NCBI GenBank assembly: GCA_965206845.1
Contig: OZ242221.1
Span: 128,001 to 192,000, forward strand
Reading direction: 5' to 3'
From: Cenarchaeum sp.
Lineage (GTDB): Archaea > Thermoproteota > Nitrososphaeria > Nitrososphaerales > Nitrosopumilaceae
Length of the DNA: 64,000 nt
Shown here: positions 40,801 to 49,833 of the stretch, piece by piece
Numbering within the stretch: the first letter of the stretch is position 1
How the letters are laid out: every line of letters starts with the position of its first letter
Notes under the pieces: generated by a model
Databases searched by the model: none
What the model was told of the DNA's origin: nothing
What the model saw: only the letters and a program-made list of their open reading frames with translations
Made by a program: the position numbers and the translations under genes

Positions 40801-42486
40801 AACGCCATCGTCGTAGACCGACGCGACGAGGGCATACGTCCCAGCTCCTATTGTGGCAACGGCAATGCCCCTAGCCCCGCGAAGCTCGTCAAAGCCATCC
40901 CGACCATCGGTTGCAGACGCCACGGCGGCCGGTGGAACAAACATGTACTCCAAGGCGTCGTCATATGCGGCCGGGATAACCGGTAGCCCGACAGGCGACA
41001 GTGGGTTGCCTGCAGCATCGGTAATGCCGTGGTCGGCAGAGACGTTTATGACAACCGGGAGGTTCGCGGGCACGGGATCGAAGATAAGGGTAACGGTGCT
41101 GTCGTTGTTGTCGGTTGCCGCTCCCACTGTCACGGAAGATCCGCCCGAGTCGGTGACGGCAAAGTCATCTCGGGTAATCCCGCCGAGGTGTTCGGAGAAC
41201 GTCAGGACGACCCTGGACGGGGATCGGGCAACCGCAGAGACTAGTGCCGGCGCCTCGCCGTCATGGGCAAGTGAGATTATCTGGATGCCGTCACCTGTGG
41301 ATGATGCGACAATGGCGTACGCTGCAGAATTTACTGTGACAGCGGTTATGTCAGCCGCGCCGTCGAGCCTGTCAAACCCACCCGCGCCGTCGGTCGCAGA
41401 CGCAACGGCGGACGGGTCGGATGGATCCGTGACGTTGATCATCTGTACACCGTCGTCGTGTAGCGATGAGACTAGAACATACGTCAAGGAGTCGATTGTG
41501 ATTGTGGCAATGCCGTGCGCCCCGTCAAGCTCGTCAAACCCGCCCTCGCCGTCGGTTGCTGATGCCACGGTGGCCGGGCTGGCAGGATCCGTGACGTTGA
41601 TTATCTGGATGCCGTCGTCCCAGTGTGATGCGACAAGGGCGTACGTTGAGAGGCCGACTGCGACAACGGTAATGTCGTGCACGCCGTCAAGCCCGTCAAA
41701 TTCACCTTTACCATCGGTTACCGATGCCACGGCGGCCGGACGGGTAGGATCCGTGATGTTGATTATCTGGATGCCGTCGTCGGTAAACGACGCGACGAGC
41801 GCATAAGTCTTGGCGCCGATCCTTGCGGTGGCGACGGCGCTTGCGCCGTCAAGCTCGTCAAACTCGCCCACACCATCGGTGGCAGACGCTACGGCGACCG
41901 GACGGGCAGGATTCGTGATATCGATTATCTGGATGCCGTCATCGGTAAACGACGCGACAAGCGCATAAGTTCTGGCACCAATTTTTGCCGTGTCGATGCC
42001 CCGCGCGCCGGCAAGCACGTCAAACCCGTCCACACCATCGGTGGCAGACGCTACGGCGACCGGACGGGCAGGATTCGTGATATCGATTATCTGGATGCCG
42101 TCATCGGTAAACGACGCGACAAGGGCGTACGTTCCGGCGCCGATCGCAACAGTAGCAATATCTGACGCGTTGTCAAGCTCGTCAAATCCATCCACACCAT
42201 CGGTGACAGATGCGGCGGCTACCGGGCGGGCAGGATCCGTGATATCGATTATCTGGATGCCGTCATCAGCGTATGATGCCACAAGGATGTACGTCTTGGT
42301 GCCAACCGTGACGGTGGCAGTGCCCCACGCTCCATCAAGCTCGTCAAACCCACCTTCCCCGTCGGCTGCGGACGCCACAGCCGACAGGCCTGGGGGGTCG
42401 GGTGTGGCAAACGCGCCACCCGGCAGTCCCGCCAGCATCAGAGCAGACGTTAGCAGTAGACAGGCCTTTGCTGTTATGATCTGCAT
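37828..42486 (-). CDS. giant secreted repeat protein: 3 x 7 LVIVD-like blades with Ig-like spacers
   Basis: N-terminal signal-like segment; 21 copies of an approximately 54-aa YALVASxxDDG(I/V)QII(D/N)ITDP repeat in three blocks of 7, each followed by an LTF/ITFS(E/K)-containing Ig-like domain. Confidence 0.88.
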   Translation of the reverse strand: MQIITAKACLLLTSALMLAGLPGGAFATPDPPGLSAVASAADGEGGFDELDGAWGTATVTVGTKTYILVASYADDGIQIIDITDPARPVAAASVTDGVDGFDELDNASDIATVAIGAGTYALVASFTDDGIQIIDITNPARPVAVASATDGVDGFDVLAGARGIDTAKIGARTYALVASFTDDGIQIIDITNPARPVAVASATDGVGEFDELDGASAVATARIGAKTYALVASFTDDGIQIINITDPTRPAAVASVTDGKGEFDGLDGVHDITVVAVGLSTYALVASHWDDGIQIINVTDPASPATVASATDGEGGFDELDGAHGIATITIDSLTYVLVSSLHDDGVQMINVTDPSDPSAVASATDGAGGFDRLDGAADITAVTVNSAAYAIVASSTGDGIQIISLAHDGEAPALVSAVARSPSRVVLTFSEHLGGITRDDFAVTDSGGSSVTVGAATDNNDSTVTLIFDPVPANLPVVINVSADHGITDAAGNPLSPVGLPVIPAAYDDALEYMFVPPAAVASATDGRDGFDELRGARGIAVATIGAGTYALVASVYDDGVQIIDITDPSSPAATASVADIAGFTRLVGARGITTVTDGALTYALVASYWDSSVQIINVTDPFNPATVASATDGMGRFDELDGAADIVAVTIGARTYALVASYADDGVQIIDVTDPSSPAATASVTDGEGGFDELAGARGIAAVTIGASTYALVASYADDGVQIIDITNPSSPAAVSSVSDRIGGFDELAGASGITTVTIDSSTYALVASEYDSGVQIIDITNASDPVAVSSVSDDRDGFDELAGARGIAAVAIGSSTYAFVASATDGGVQVIDITNPFSPTAVASAIDGEDGFDGLGGASDIATVAIGTKLYALVASEMDNAIQIIDIAHPSPPEFLSATLDEVTGILAITFSKPISSTGVDLAKLFISDVGETDRIALAGAATIASSDPATITVRLTELQRRSVITLDTAQLDIASSAVAGTDDNPIDASPDRAIDITVTDTTIPISPTPASAVDDADAGFTNLGGACGVAIIGIGSGTYSIVTGSTDNGIQIINITDPFAPAAVSSASDEEEGFTELDGACGIATARIGDSAYALVASEDDDGVQIIDITDPSSPVAVAAMTDGEEGFTELDGAAGIAIAGIGGSMYALVASGNDDGVQIIDITDPSSPVAVAAMTDGEGGFTELDGAAGIAIAGIGGSMYALVASGNDDGVQIINITDPSSPAAASSVGDGKDGFMELDGACGVATARIGDFVYALVTSRSGDGVQIINITDPSSPAAASSVGDGKDGFMELDGACGIAIANVGSITYALVASEDDDGVQIIDITDPSGPVAVAALTDGEGGFTELDGAAGIATAWIGSDAYAVVSGTVDDGVQIIALTADTTAPGFSSAALIGVTGVLTITFSEPIDSVSVSNIDLTRLFISDLDQENQIPLEGAIITTIAYTDTINVTLTETQRQSAVSLAIPQLDISSSAVTDPTGNPIDASSDNPIAIMVIVSKTSDMPHHSGGISSARALADVDPRENDPSNDGPSPGFNDDIDSGSNVIDC

Positions 42487-43050
42487 GGCATCACCCGTTA
42501 GACGGATCCCGCGATCCTGTCGGCACTAGGTGCGGTGATGCGTCTTGAATGCCTGCGCGTTCCTGTTGTGGCCGCCCACCTGGATCCTGCAGGATCCATT
42601 CCGATACAACCAGGAAATGCAAGACAGAGCCAGCTCTGATCTGGTCTGTGCTGCCCTGCCAGAACCCGTGAAGGCCTGTCCCAAGAGTAGAGAATGTGCA
42701 AAACAATGGGTGCTGTGTACAATACTGCAAGGCCGGATCAATCATGCGTTGTATAATACGCATATGACTCTTGTGTGAGTGGAAGCTCAGATGACGGCCC
42801 TTGGACGCCATTTGTGTATTTTGCTGCCTACAGCATTCCGATCAAAGATCCGCAGAGCTGATCCGACAGATCGTCGCACATGCCAAGGCCCAGTGTGAAG
42901 CACTCGGCTTGGCCAGAAGGCGCTCTGCAGTCTTTTGATCTCCAACCATATCGCTGCCCAGGCACAGAACGCAGCTCGCTTTCACAGCTGAAAACGGCAT
43001 AGACAGCGCTCAGCACACACCAGATGGTTCGGCGGCTGGCAAAGGTGTTG

Positions 43051-43134
43051 TTTCTAAATTCGGGTTTAGAAACATGTGAATATTTGACTGGTTGCCAGTG
43101 TGGATGATATTTCTAAATTCGGGTTTAGAAACAT
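43051..43134. repeat. two identical 25-bp palindromic repeats separated by 34 bp (CRISPR-like mini-array or paired binding/recombination sites)
   Basis: TTTCTAAATTCGGGTTTAGAAACAT at 43051-43075 and 43110-43134. Confidence 0.8.
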
Positions 43135-43140
43135 ACCGGG

Positions 43141-43545
43141 TTATCGGTCATTTGGCTTCGGCTCGGGCAGCACAAAGACACTGCTTGGCTTGATCCTTAA
43201 AATGATCCTTTTTTCGCCATCGCGCCTGAACGGATAGTCACGTCCCATATACTGCTGCGCAAGCCTGTCTGCATGTTTGTAGTCATAGTCTGGGATTATC
43301 TCCTCAACCGTTCCACGAACCGCCACCGTGTCAAGTGAGTTGCCACTTGATACCACGGAAACGGCCACCCTGGGATCCCGCACGACGTTTCTGTGCTTTA
43401 TCCTTCCCTCGGCAGTATTCACCAGAATGTGTCCGTCCTCGTAGTCTGCCCAGACCGGAGTGACCTGTGGGGAGCCGTCTTTCATGACAGTTGCGATAAA
43501 GACAAGGTTCTTCCCAGAAAACAACTTTACGGCCTTTTCATCCAT
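43141..43545 (-). CDS. PPOX-class F420-dependent oxidoreductase
   Basis: IATVMKDGSPQVTPVW, NTAEGRIKHRN..RDPRVAVSV. Confidence 0.9.
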   Translation of the reverse strand: MDEKAVKLFSGKNLVFIATVMKDGSPQVTPVWADYEDGHILVNTAEGRIKHRNVVRDPRVAVSVVSSGNSLDTVAVRGTVEEIIPDYDYKHADRLAQQYMGRDYPFRRDGEKRIILRIKPSSVFVLPEPKPNDR

Positions 43546-43719
43546 TGGATTCACCGTACAGCAACCGCGCCATGCCTGTAACGGATCCATGTTTTTTATT
43601 ACTCTTTCTTATGCACCTGCCAGAAATACGCAACTGCGGGGCTCTTCGACATGTGTGCCAGTGTCCGTACCCATGCTTCATTACAAGTATATATACAGAT
43701 GCCATAAAGCTACGCACTA

Positions 43720-44205
43720 TTGGTACGCATAGGACTCATTATAGTCGTCGGTGTACTCATGGCATCCATGGGAAGCGCCCTATATGCGTACACTATCTAC
43801 CAGCCCGTCATCAAGACTGTAGACTATGGCAAACCTGTACGTGTAGGTCCTGTAGAGTACGTTATCACGTACGAGAAGCAGTTCGACGGGGACAAGGACA
43901 TCAAGCCGGAGCATACCTTTTTCCAGATACGAATCGATGCAAAGAACCTAGCCCAGGAGCCTACCCCGATCAGCGGAATACAGTTTGTCCTGATCGATGA
44001 AAACGGAACCAGGAGCAGTCCCGTTCACGGCGGTTTCTCCAGCGAGGATCTGCTGTTCCACACGCTTACCCCGCAGAACACTGCCACGTTCACCACCCAG
44101 TTTGACATCCCAATCGACGAAGATGCCACATACTACGTGGGAATCCAGCCAAGAAAGGAGCAGTCCTCACGGGACATTGGCAATATCTGCGTCCTCAACT
44201 GCTAG
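43720..44205 (+). CDS. membrane-anchored Ig-like protein (DUF4352-like)
   Basis: N-terminal TM; F..I.I.AKN, QFVLIDENG, L.P......TQFDIP. Confidence 0.7.
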   Translation: MVRIGLIIVVGVLMASMGSALYAYTIYQPVIKTVDYGKPVRVGPVEYVITYEKQFDGDKDIKPEHTFFQIRIDAKNLAQEPTPISGIQFVLIDENGTRSSPVHGGFSSEDLLFHTLTPQNTATFTTQFDIPIDEDATYYVGIQPRKEQSSRDIGNICVLNC

Positions 44206-44374
44206 GCCTACCGCCAGTTGTACAGTATGACGGCAGCGGCCAGTCCAAGAAGCACAAATCCGATCCACCAAGGCACGTTTTTTGGCTTGCCCGACGAAAA
44301 GATGGAGCCTTTTCCACTGTTCGGGCGCATGCCACACAATACACGCCAAATGATTTAACGGTTGACATAAACAC

Positions 44375-44568
44375 CATTTCTAAACTCGAGATTAGAAATG
44401 TTGTAAACACCATCCTGGCAAGCTGCTGGCGCGGGCAATATTTCCAAACTCGAGACTAGAGGCATCGCTGCGTCATACGGGACCCCACCAGACATGAATG
44501 GCACCCCACACACTAGGATCAGGAGCTGCTGGCGCGAATAATATTTCCAAGCTCGAGATTGGAAACAT
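44375..44568. repeat. three degenerate copies of the same palindromic motif
   Basis: TTTCTAAACTCGAGATTAGAAA (44377), TTTCCAAACTCGAGACTAGAGG (44441), TTTCCAAGCTCGAGATTGGAAA (44544); the last two are both preceded by AGCTGCTGGCGCG. Confidence 0.7.
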
Positions 44569-44615
44569 TACGGAATCGTGCTACATTACTGGACGTGCTG
44601 CGCTTCGGCATTTCC

Positions 44616-47600
44616 CTATTCGGGTGCTATGGCCACGTAAGCAGGAGGTATGTCTGCAACATTTACCGGGGATGATGGATCAGATATGTCAACTATTGGG
44701 GAGTTGATGCCATCCCGCATCAGGGACAGTACAAGAGTGTAGGAGTCCGTCTGCACTACATCGACGTCGATTACTCCGTAGATGGTGGTACCGCCAAGAC
44801 CAGTACCCGTCACGCTCAGGCCTACGGGGGATTCTGGATCTGTAATGTCGATTATCTGGAAGCTGTCCTTCTTACTTGAGGCCACTACGTACGCGCCGTC
44901 TCCTATGAGCACAGTATGCACGCTCTCGACTGCGTTCATGTAAGTGCCCGTCTCATGCCCCTGCAGGCTGGAGAGCCGGACCGGGTTGTACGGATCCGAG
45001 ATGTCCACTATGATGACGGCATCCATCCGGTAGCCCACCGCTACCAACAGTGTCTGCTCACCCACCTTTATGGTGTCCGAGTCCGTAACAGAGTACAGTA
45101 GATCGTATCCCCCCTCCCCGCCTCGGATTATAGATGCAGGTCGTGGGTCTACAGGGTTGGTGATGTCGATTATCTGTACGCTGCTGTCTCCAAAGCTTGA
45201 CACTACGGCAAACGTTCTGCTCCCTATTTTCACAGTATCGACATCCTCGGCACCGATAAGCTCAAAGCCATTCTCGCCGTGTCCGACAGTGGCGATCGAG
45301 AACGGCGCCGTTGGATCGTTCATGTATATCACGTGAAACGTATTGTCAAACGGTGACGCCGTTACGGCATACCACACATCGGAGATCTTGACCAGCTCCA
45401 CATCCACCGGACTGGCAAGCCTGTCAAAGCTCCCTTCCCCGTCCCGTATGACAGATACCGGCACCGGCCTTGCAGGGTCACTCACATCCACCACCTGTAT
45501 CACGCTGTCCCGGAACCCGGCCACCAATGCGTACTGCCTGCCGTCTATTGCCCCCACATCGATTGCAGCAGGCCCTGCCACCTCAAATCCATCGTGTCCG
45601 TCCCGGATCGTGTATACCGGAACGGGCCGGGTCGGGTCGGTGATCTCAGTTACGCGGATCACGTCCTGCGAGTATACAGACGAGAGCGCGTACGTCCGGC
45701 CATCCGCCGTCACCGACTCTACTCCCTCAGGCCCGAATAGCTGCCATACGCTGTCCGGTCCTGAGACCAAGGCAGATACGGATATGGGAGATGACGGGTT
45801 CGTTATATCCACTATCTGCATGCTGTCCCCAAACGTGTTGATCACCACAGCATAGGCGCGCCCCTCCGTCGAGACGACCGATACGTCCACCGGACCGGAC
45901 AGATCCTCAAAGGTGTTGGGTCCGTTTACCATCGCAGAGACTGCCACCGGCGATGCCGGATCCGAGATGTCAATTATCTGCACAGAGTTGCCGGGCTCGC
46001 TTGTTACCAGCGCGTAGGTGCTGCCGGCGATGGCTGCCACATCCAGACTCTTTGAGCCCACCATGTGGACTATGCCGCCTTGGTCGTTTTGGAGCTGGGA
46101 GGCCATAACCGGCGAGTAGGGGTCAGATATGTCTATTACAGTAACCGTGTCGTCATAAGATCCCACCACCACTGCATAAGTGCCGTCTCCGATCCTGGCC
46201 GTCTGGACATCCTGGATCCCGCCGATCTCGTAGCCGTCCTGTCCATCAAATATGGAGGCTGCCGGAACAGGAGAGAGTATATCAGTAATGTCTGTTATCT
46301 GTAGCGCCTCGTCGTAATAGCCAGTTGACAGGATGTAGGTGGAGCCGTCGATGGAAGCTGTATCGATTCTGAGGGTACCTGTGAGTGCATCAAAGCCGTA
46401 CTGGTCGTCGTGCATGGATATCACAGGTTCTGGAACATGCGGATCGGTAATGTCGATTATCTGTATGCCGTTCTCATAGTGGCTCGATACGACAGCATAC
46501 GTACTCTGACCCATCTCCACGGCGACAATGTGAGCAGGCGCAAACAGCGTTTCAAGGTCGCCCACACTGCTGACCAGCGCTGGTTTTGCGGGCTCGGTCA
46601 CGTCCAGTATCGCCACGGTGTTGCTGCGGATGTTTGGGATCAGGGCATAGGTGCTGCCGCCGATCTCCGCTATCTCCACATCGTTTGGACCGTAAAACTC
46701 CCCATACCCGTACTGGCCCCCGGTTATGCCGGCAACCGGTGTCGGGCTTGATGGATCCGTAATGTCGACAATTTCAATGGCATTGGCTGCAAAGTTTGCA
46801 ACCATGGCATACAGGCGGCCATCTATGGTAACAGTGTCCATACCAACCGGGTCGTAGAGGCCCGTGCCGTCCCGCACATATGCTGGGATCGGGGATTGCG
46901 GGTTGGTGACATCCAGCATGAACATGGTCTTGCCTGCCAGCATTACCCAGAGTCTGCCGTCTGATGACACTCCGCTTATGCCGTCAAAGCTGTTGGCATC
47001 AAACAGATCGGTGCCTGACAGGTAGAGTGGGGAGGCCGGATCGGCGATATCCACCACGTGTATCCGCTGGGAGTCCAGTATCAGGGCATAGGATCTTCCG
47101 TCTGCGGCAAGTATGTCCATGTCAGTTATCCCGGCAAACCCGTACTCCATTACAGTTATCGGGGCCGGAGCGGAGGGATCCGAGAGATCCGCTACCTGTA
47201 CGGCGTCGGTGCCGGCAATGAGTGCAAGGGCGCTCTCCCCGGTCACCAAGATCTCGATATCCACCAGATCGGTAATCGCCTCAAAGCCGTACTGGCCGTG
47301 CCTGATGACGGACTTGGCAGACGGGTCGAGTGGATCGGTAAAGTCTGCCACTTGGACGGCATCGACGCTTGAGACCAACACGTATGTCCTATCGCCTATG
47401 GAAAACTGCTCTATCTCCTGTCCTTCCTCTAGAGCAAAGAAGCTCCACACTCCGTCCCTGATCTCTCCTACAGGCGCCGGGGCTTTCGGATCCGTCACAT
47501 CAACTATCTGAACCGTGTCACCTGCAGTCAGCAGTGCATACGAGCCGCCGCCGGTCTGGATGACCTCGATGTCTGACACGGCAAGCTCCCCTGCCGTCCC

Positions 47601-47915
47601 AGGCAGAACCGACACGGTTGCCGGCCAGTATGGCTCTGCGATGTCCACTACGTGCAGGGTGCTGTTTTCTGAGCTGACCGCAAGCAGGTAGGGGCGTCCG
47701 TCTATGTATGATATCTGCATGTCTGCTGCCTCGAACCCGGATATCTCTGCCACCTTCAGGGGGGTGTGTGGCAGCGTGACATCCATTACCCTGATCGGCC
47801 CGTCGCCTGCAAGGGCGTAGGTGCGACCATCTGCCTCCAGCACGGTCTCGGCGTGGGCCGCTGCCGGCATCGCGGCGACTGCCAGCAGCAGGATCGCAGC
47901 AACAAAAGTCCTCAC
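44616..47915 (-). CDS. large secreted LVIVD-like beta-propeller repeat protein
   Basis: GTG 47915 gives the signal peptide MRTFVAAILLLAVAAMPAAAHA; about 20 diverged QI(I/V)DI(T/S)DP.xP repeats. Confidence 0.85.
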   Translation of the reverse strand: MRTFVAAILLLAVAAMPAAAHAETVLEADGRTYALAGDGPIRVMDVTLPHTPLKVAEISGFEAADMQISYIDGRPYLLAVSSENSTLHVVDIAEPYWPATVSVLPGTAGELAVSDIEVIQTGGGSYALLTAGDTVQIVDVTDPKAPAPVGEIRDGVWSFFALEEGQEIEQFSIGDRTYVLVSSVDAVQVADFTDPLDPSAKSVIRHGQYGFEAITDLVDIEILVTGESALALIAGTDAVQVADLSDPSAPAPITVMEYGFAGITDMDILAADGRSYALILDSQRIHVVDIADPASPLYLSGTDLFDANSFDGISGVSSDGRLWVMLAGKTMFMLDVTNPQSPIPAYVRDGTGLYDPVGMDTVTIDGRLYAMVANFAANAIEIVDITDPSSPTPVAGITGGQYGYGEFYGPNDVEIAEIGGSTYALIPNIRSNTVAILDVTEPAKPALVSSVGDLETLFAPAHIVAVEMGQSTYAVVSSHYENGIQIIDITDPHVPEPVISMHDDQYGFDALTGTLRIDTASIDGSTYILSTGYYDEALQITDITDILSPVPAASIFDGQDGYEIGGIQDVQTARIGDGTYAVVVGSYDDTVTVIDISDPYSPVMASQLQNDQGGIVHMVGSKSLDVAAIAGSTYALVTSEPGNSVQIIDISDPASPVAVSAMVNGPNTFEDLSGPVDVSVVSTEGRAYAVVINTFGDSMQIVDITNPSSPISVSALVSGPDSVWQLFGPEGVESVTADGRTYALSSVYSQDVIRVTEITDPTRPVPVYTIRDGHDGFEVAGPAAIDVGAIDGRQYALVAGFRDSVIQVVDVSDPARPVPVSVIRDGEGSFDRLASPVDVELVKISDVWYAVTASPFDNTFHVIYMNDPTAPFSIATVGHGENGFELIGAEDVDTVKIGSRTFAVVSSFGDSSVQIIDITNPVDPRPASIIRGGEGGYDLLYSVTDSDTIKVGEQTLLVAVGYRMDAVIIVDISDPYNPVRLSSLQGHETGTYMNAVESVHTVLIGDGAYVVASSKKDSFQIIDITDPESPVGLSVTGTGLGGTTIYGVIDVDVVQTDSYTLVLSLMRDGINSPIVDISDPSSPVNVADIPPAYVAIAPE

Positions 47916-48010
47916 GGGTATGGGTTGCAGATATAATGCTATTATATTTGTCGGCTCTGTCGCATTATTTGTCTCCGCCAGGTAATTATATCCCCGGCGA
48001 TCCCGCGTGT

Positions 48011-48378
48011 GTGAACCGCACACTAGTTGGAATCATTGCTGGCCTGGTGATAGCAATCGCAGGGCATACTTTGTTGAAGCCACAGAGGAGCTGCTTGAAG
48101 AACAGGGCATGGTTAAAGGCCCGCTCTTTTTGATTGCAGCGATAGCGTATGTTATAGTCGCGGTTTGGCTGCCCGTAAAAAGGAGCATCGCGCCAACAGT
48201 TGTAGCGCTGGCCGGAACCATGGGCCTAGCAGTGCCGTATGCTATAACAAGAGCCGATCCGGCTGCGGCGTTTGGAATGGAGACAGAATGCATCGGACAC
48301 CCCGGAATGGCCTCAAAGATCATTCAAGTTGGAGTTGTCCTAAGCACTGCGACAGCATTGCCTCAAGGAAAAAAATAG
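48011..48378 (+). pseudogene. membrane protein gene, apparently frameshifted near 48060
   Basis: TM1 (NRTLVGIIAGLVIAIA) is in a different frame from the downstream TM segments (LFLIAAIAYVIVAVWL...). Confidence 0.45.
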
Positions 48379-48826
48379 GCGCAAGACTGCTTCCGTGAAG
48401 CTGCCTTGAATGCAAGTACGGGAGTGTGCGCAACCGACCAACTCACAGCGGGCTGCAAAGTCTTTTCTTGAAAACCGGCCCAGCTGAAGCATGTTGTACA
48501 CAAAATTCCATTCAATGCGGTCCCGGACGCGTCTCACTCCAGAGACTTGGTTCGTAATTAGCGCTCGGGCATAAAATAGCGCAATTTTCGGCATAATCGC
48601 GTAAAATTTGCTTATTTGAAAATGCACCTCTGTAAGAGTTGGACGAAAAAGACTTGGTTTTTAACTGCGGATCGTGCCTCAGGCAAGCGAGCCATTCCTG
48701 GATTAAATCACCGAATCGTGTGTGGGGCTTGGGTACCGTACGCAGCCTCGGATCAGCCGGCCCGGAATCGGGACGGTTGGGAATGTGTGCTTGGCGCAGG
48801 TGGGGCTTGGCAGAAACCGGATGCCC

Positions 48827-49363
48827 TCAGGAGGTAGACCGCTTTGCCGCCTTGGGCTTTGGGTCACGCTTCTCAATTAGGCTTGTCATTGCTCTGTTGA
48901 CTATCTCCATCATTACATACTGGGAGTAGGCCTTGTCTGCCTTTTTGCTTCTGGTGCCGCGCGCCGTCTCCGTTGCAAGTGTCTGGAACACGTTCTCCAG
49001 CCTCTCGGCGGTACTCTTGATGGTCGTTGCATACTTGACGCCAAAATCCTTTGGTGTGCCGTATTCTAATAATTTGATCGAGGTGCCATAGTACTTTGTT
49101 ATGGCACCCCGAGTCTCCTGTATTTTTACTATTTCGATCAGACCAGTCTCCTTTAAAACTTCCAAATGATGTCTAATCGTCGTGGTTGCCTTTTTGTAAC
49201 CTGATTTGAGTAGATTGTTTGCAATCTGTTCGGTCGAAAGGGACTTTCGGTACAGGACTTCGAGTATTTTTACACGCACAGGGTCTTCCAACGCGTGTGC
49301 GTGAACTAGACTAGTCGTCACAGTTCTGCATACTTGGACTGGTCTGTCTAGCAGGGTCGACAT
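48827..49363 (-). CDS. ArsR-family winged-HTH transcription regulator
   Basis: ALEDPVRVKILEVL...TTIRHHLEVLKETGLI...KYY. Confidence 0.88.
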   Translation of the reverse strand: MSTLLDRPVQVCRTVTTSLVHAHALEDPVRVKILEVLYRKSLSTEQIANNLLKSGYKKATTTIRHHLEVLKETGLIEIVKIQETRGAITKYYGTSIKLLEYGTPKDFGVKYATTIKSTAERLENVFQTLATETARGTRSKKADKAYSQYVMMEIVNRAMTSLIEKRDPKPKAAKRSTS

Positions 49364-49659
49364 TGTCCATACCTCCTTGGGTGTTTTAAAGTGGCCACTT
49401 GTCACATTTTGTTGTCCAAAGAGATCAAACTTTTGATCGAACTGGAGCATGGCCGTCGTAGCGATACAGGCGCCATAGGGGCCCTGCAACCTGCACTGGA
49501 CGGCGCCAGCCATCTTGTTGTGTGATATGGTGCAAACACCTGCCGCTGTAGCGGCACTGTGCAGATACAGAACCGGAGCCCACGCCTATGCGAATCCGTC
49601 ATGCCGGCACAAATGCACCAGTAACGGCGCTGCTCGTATAGCTGCAAAACAGCGTGCGC

Positions 49660-49833
49660 TGTACCGGTATGACACATGTTGTACCGGTATGATGCACGCT
49701 GCGCCCGTACGGGTTTTATCATACCGGTGCATGCCACATCATATCGGTACAGGCTACATCATACCGGTACAGGCTACATCATACCGGTACAGGCTACATC
49801 ATACCGGTACAGACCACGTCACACCGGTACAGG
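49660..49833. repeat. phased 20-bp tandem repeat array with palindromic (T)ACCGGT(A) core
   Basis: ATACCGGTACAGGCTACATC-type units at 49721, 49741, 49761, 49781, 49801, 49821; two inverted TGTACCGGTATGA copies at 49660 and 49680. Confidence 0.9.

Noticed and set aside
38207-42529. Long plus-strand ORFs opposite the giant repeat gene (similar shadows opposite the his, EF-2, collagen and transposase genes)
   Set aside because: Antisense shadows produced by GC-rich codon bias and repeats; no independent motifs.
37828-47915. Diversity-generating retroelement acting on the repeat proteins
   Set aside because: No reverse transcriptase and no non-coding template repeat with adenine-specific differences seen.
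49721-49833. CRISPR array or coding repeat (ORFs 49515..49844, 49676..49909)
   Set aside because: Units are contiguous without unique spacers, and a 20-bp period is not a multiple of 3, so the ORFs are likely spurious.
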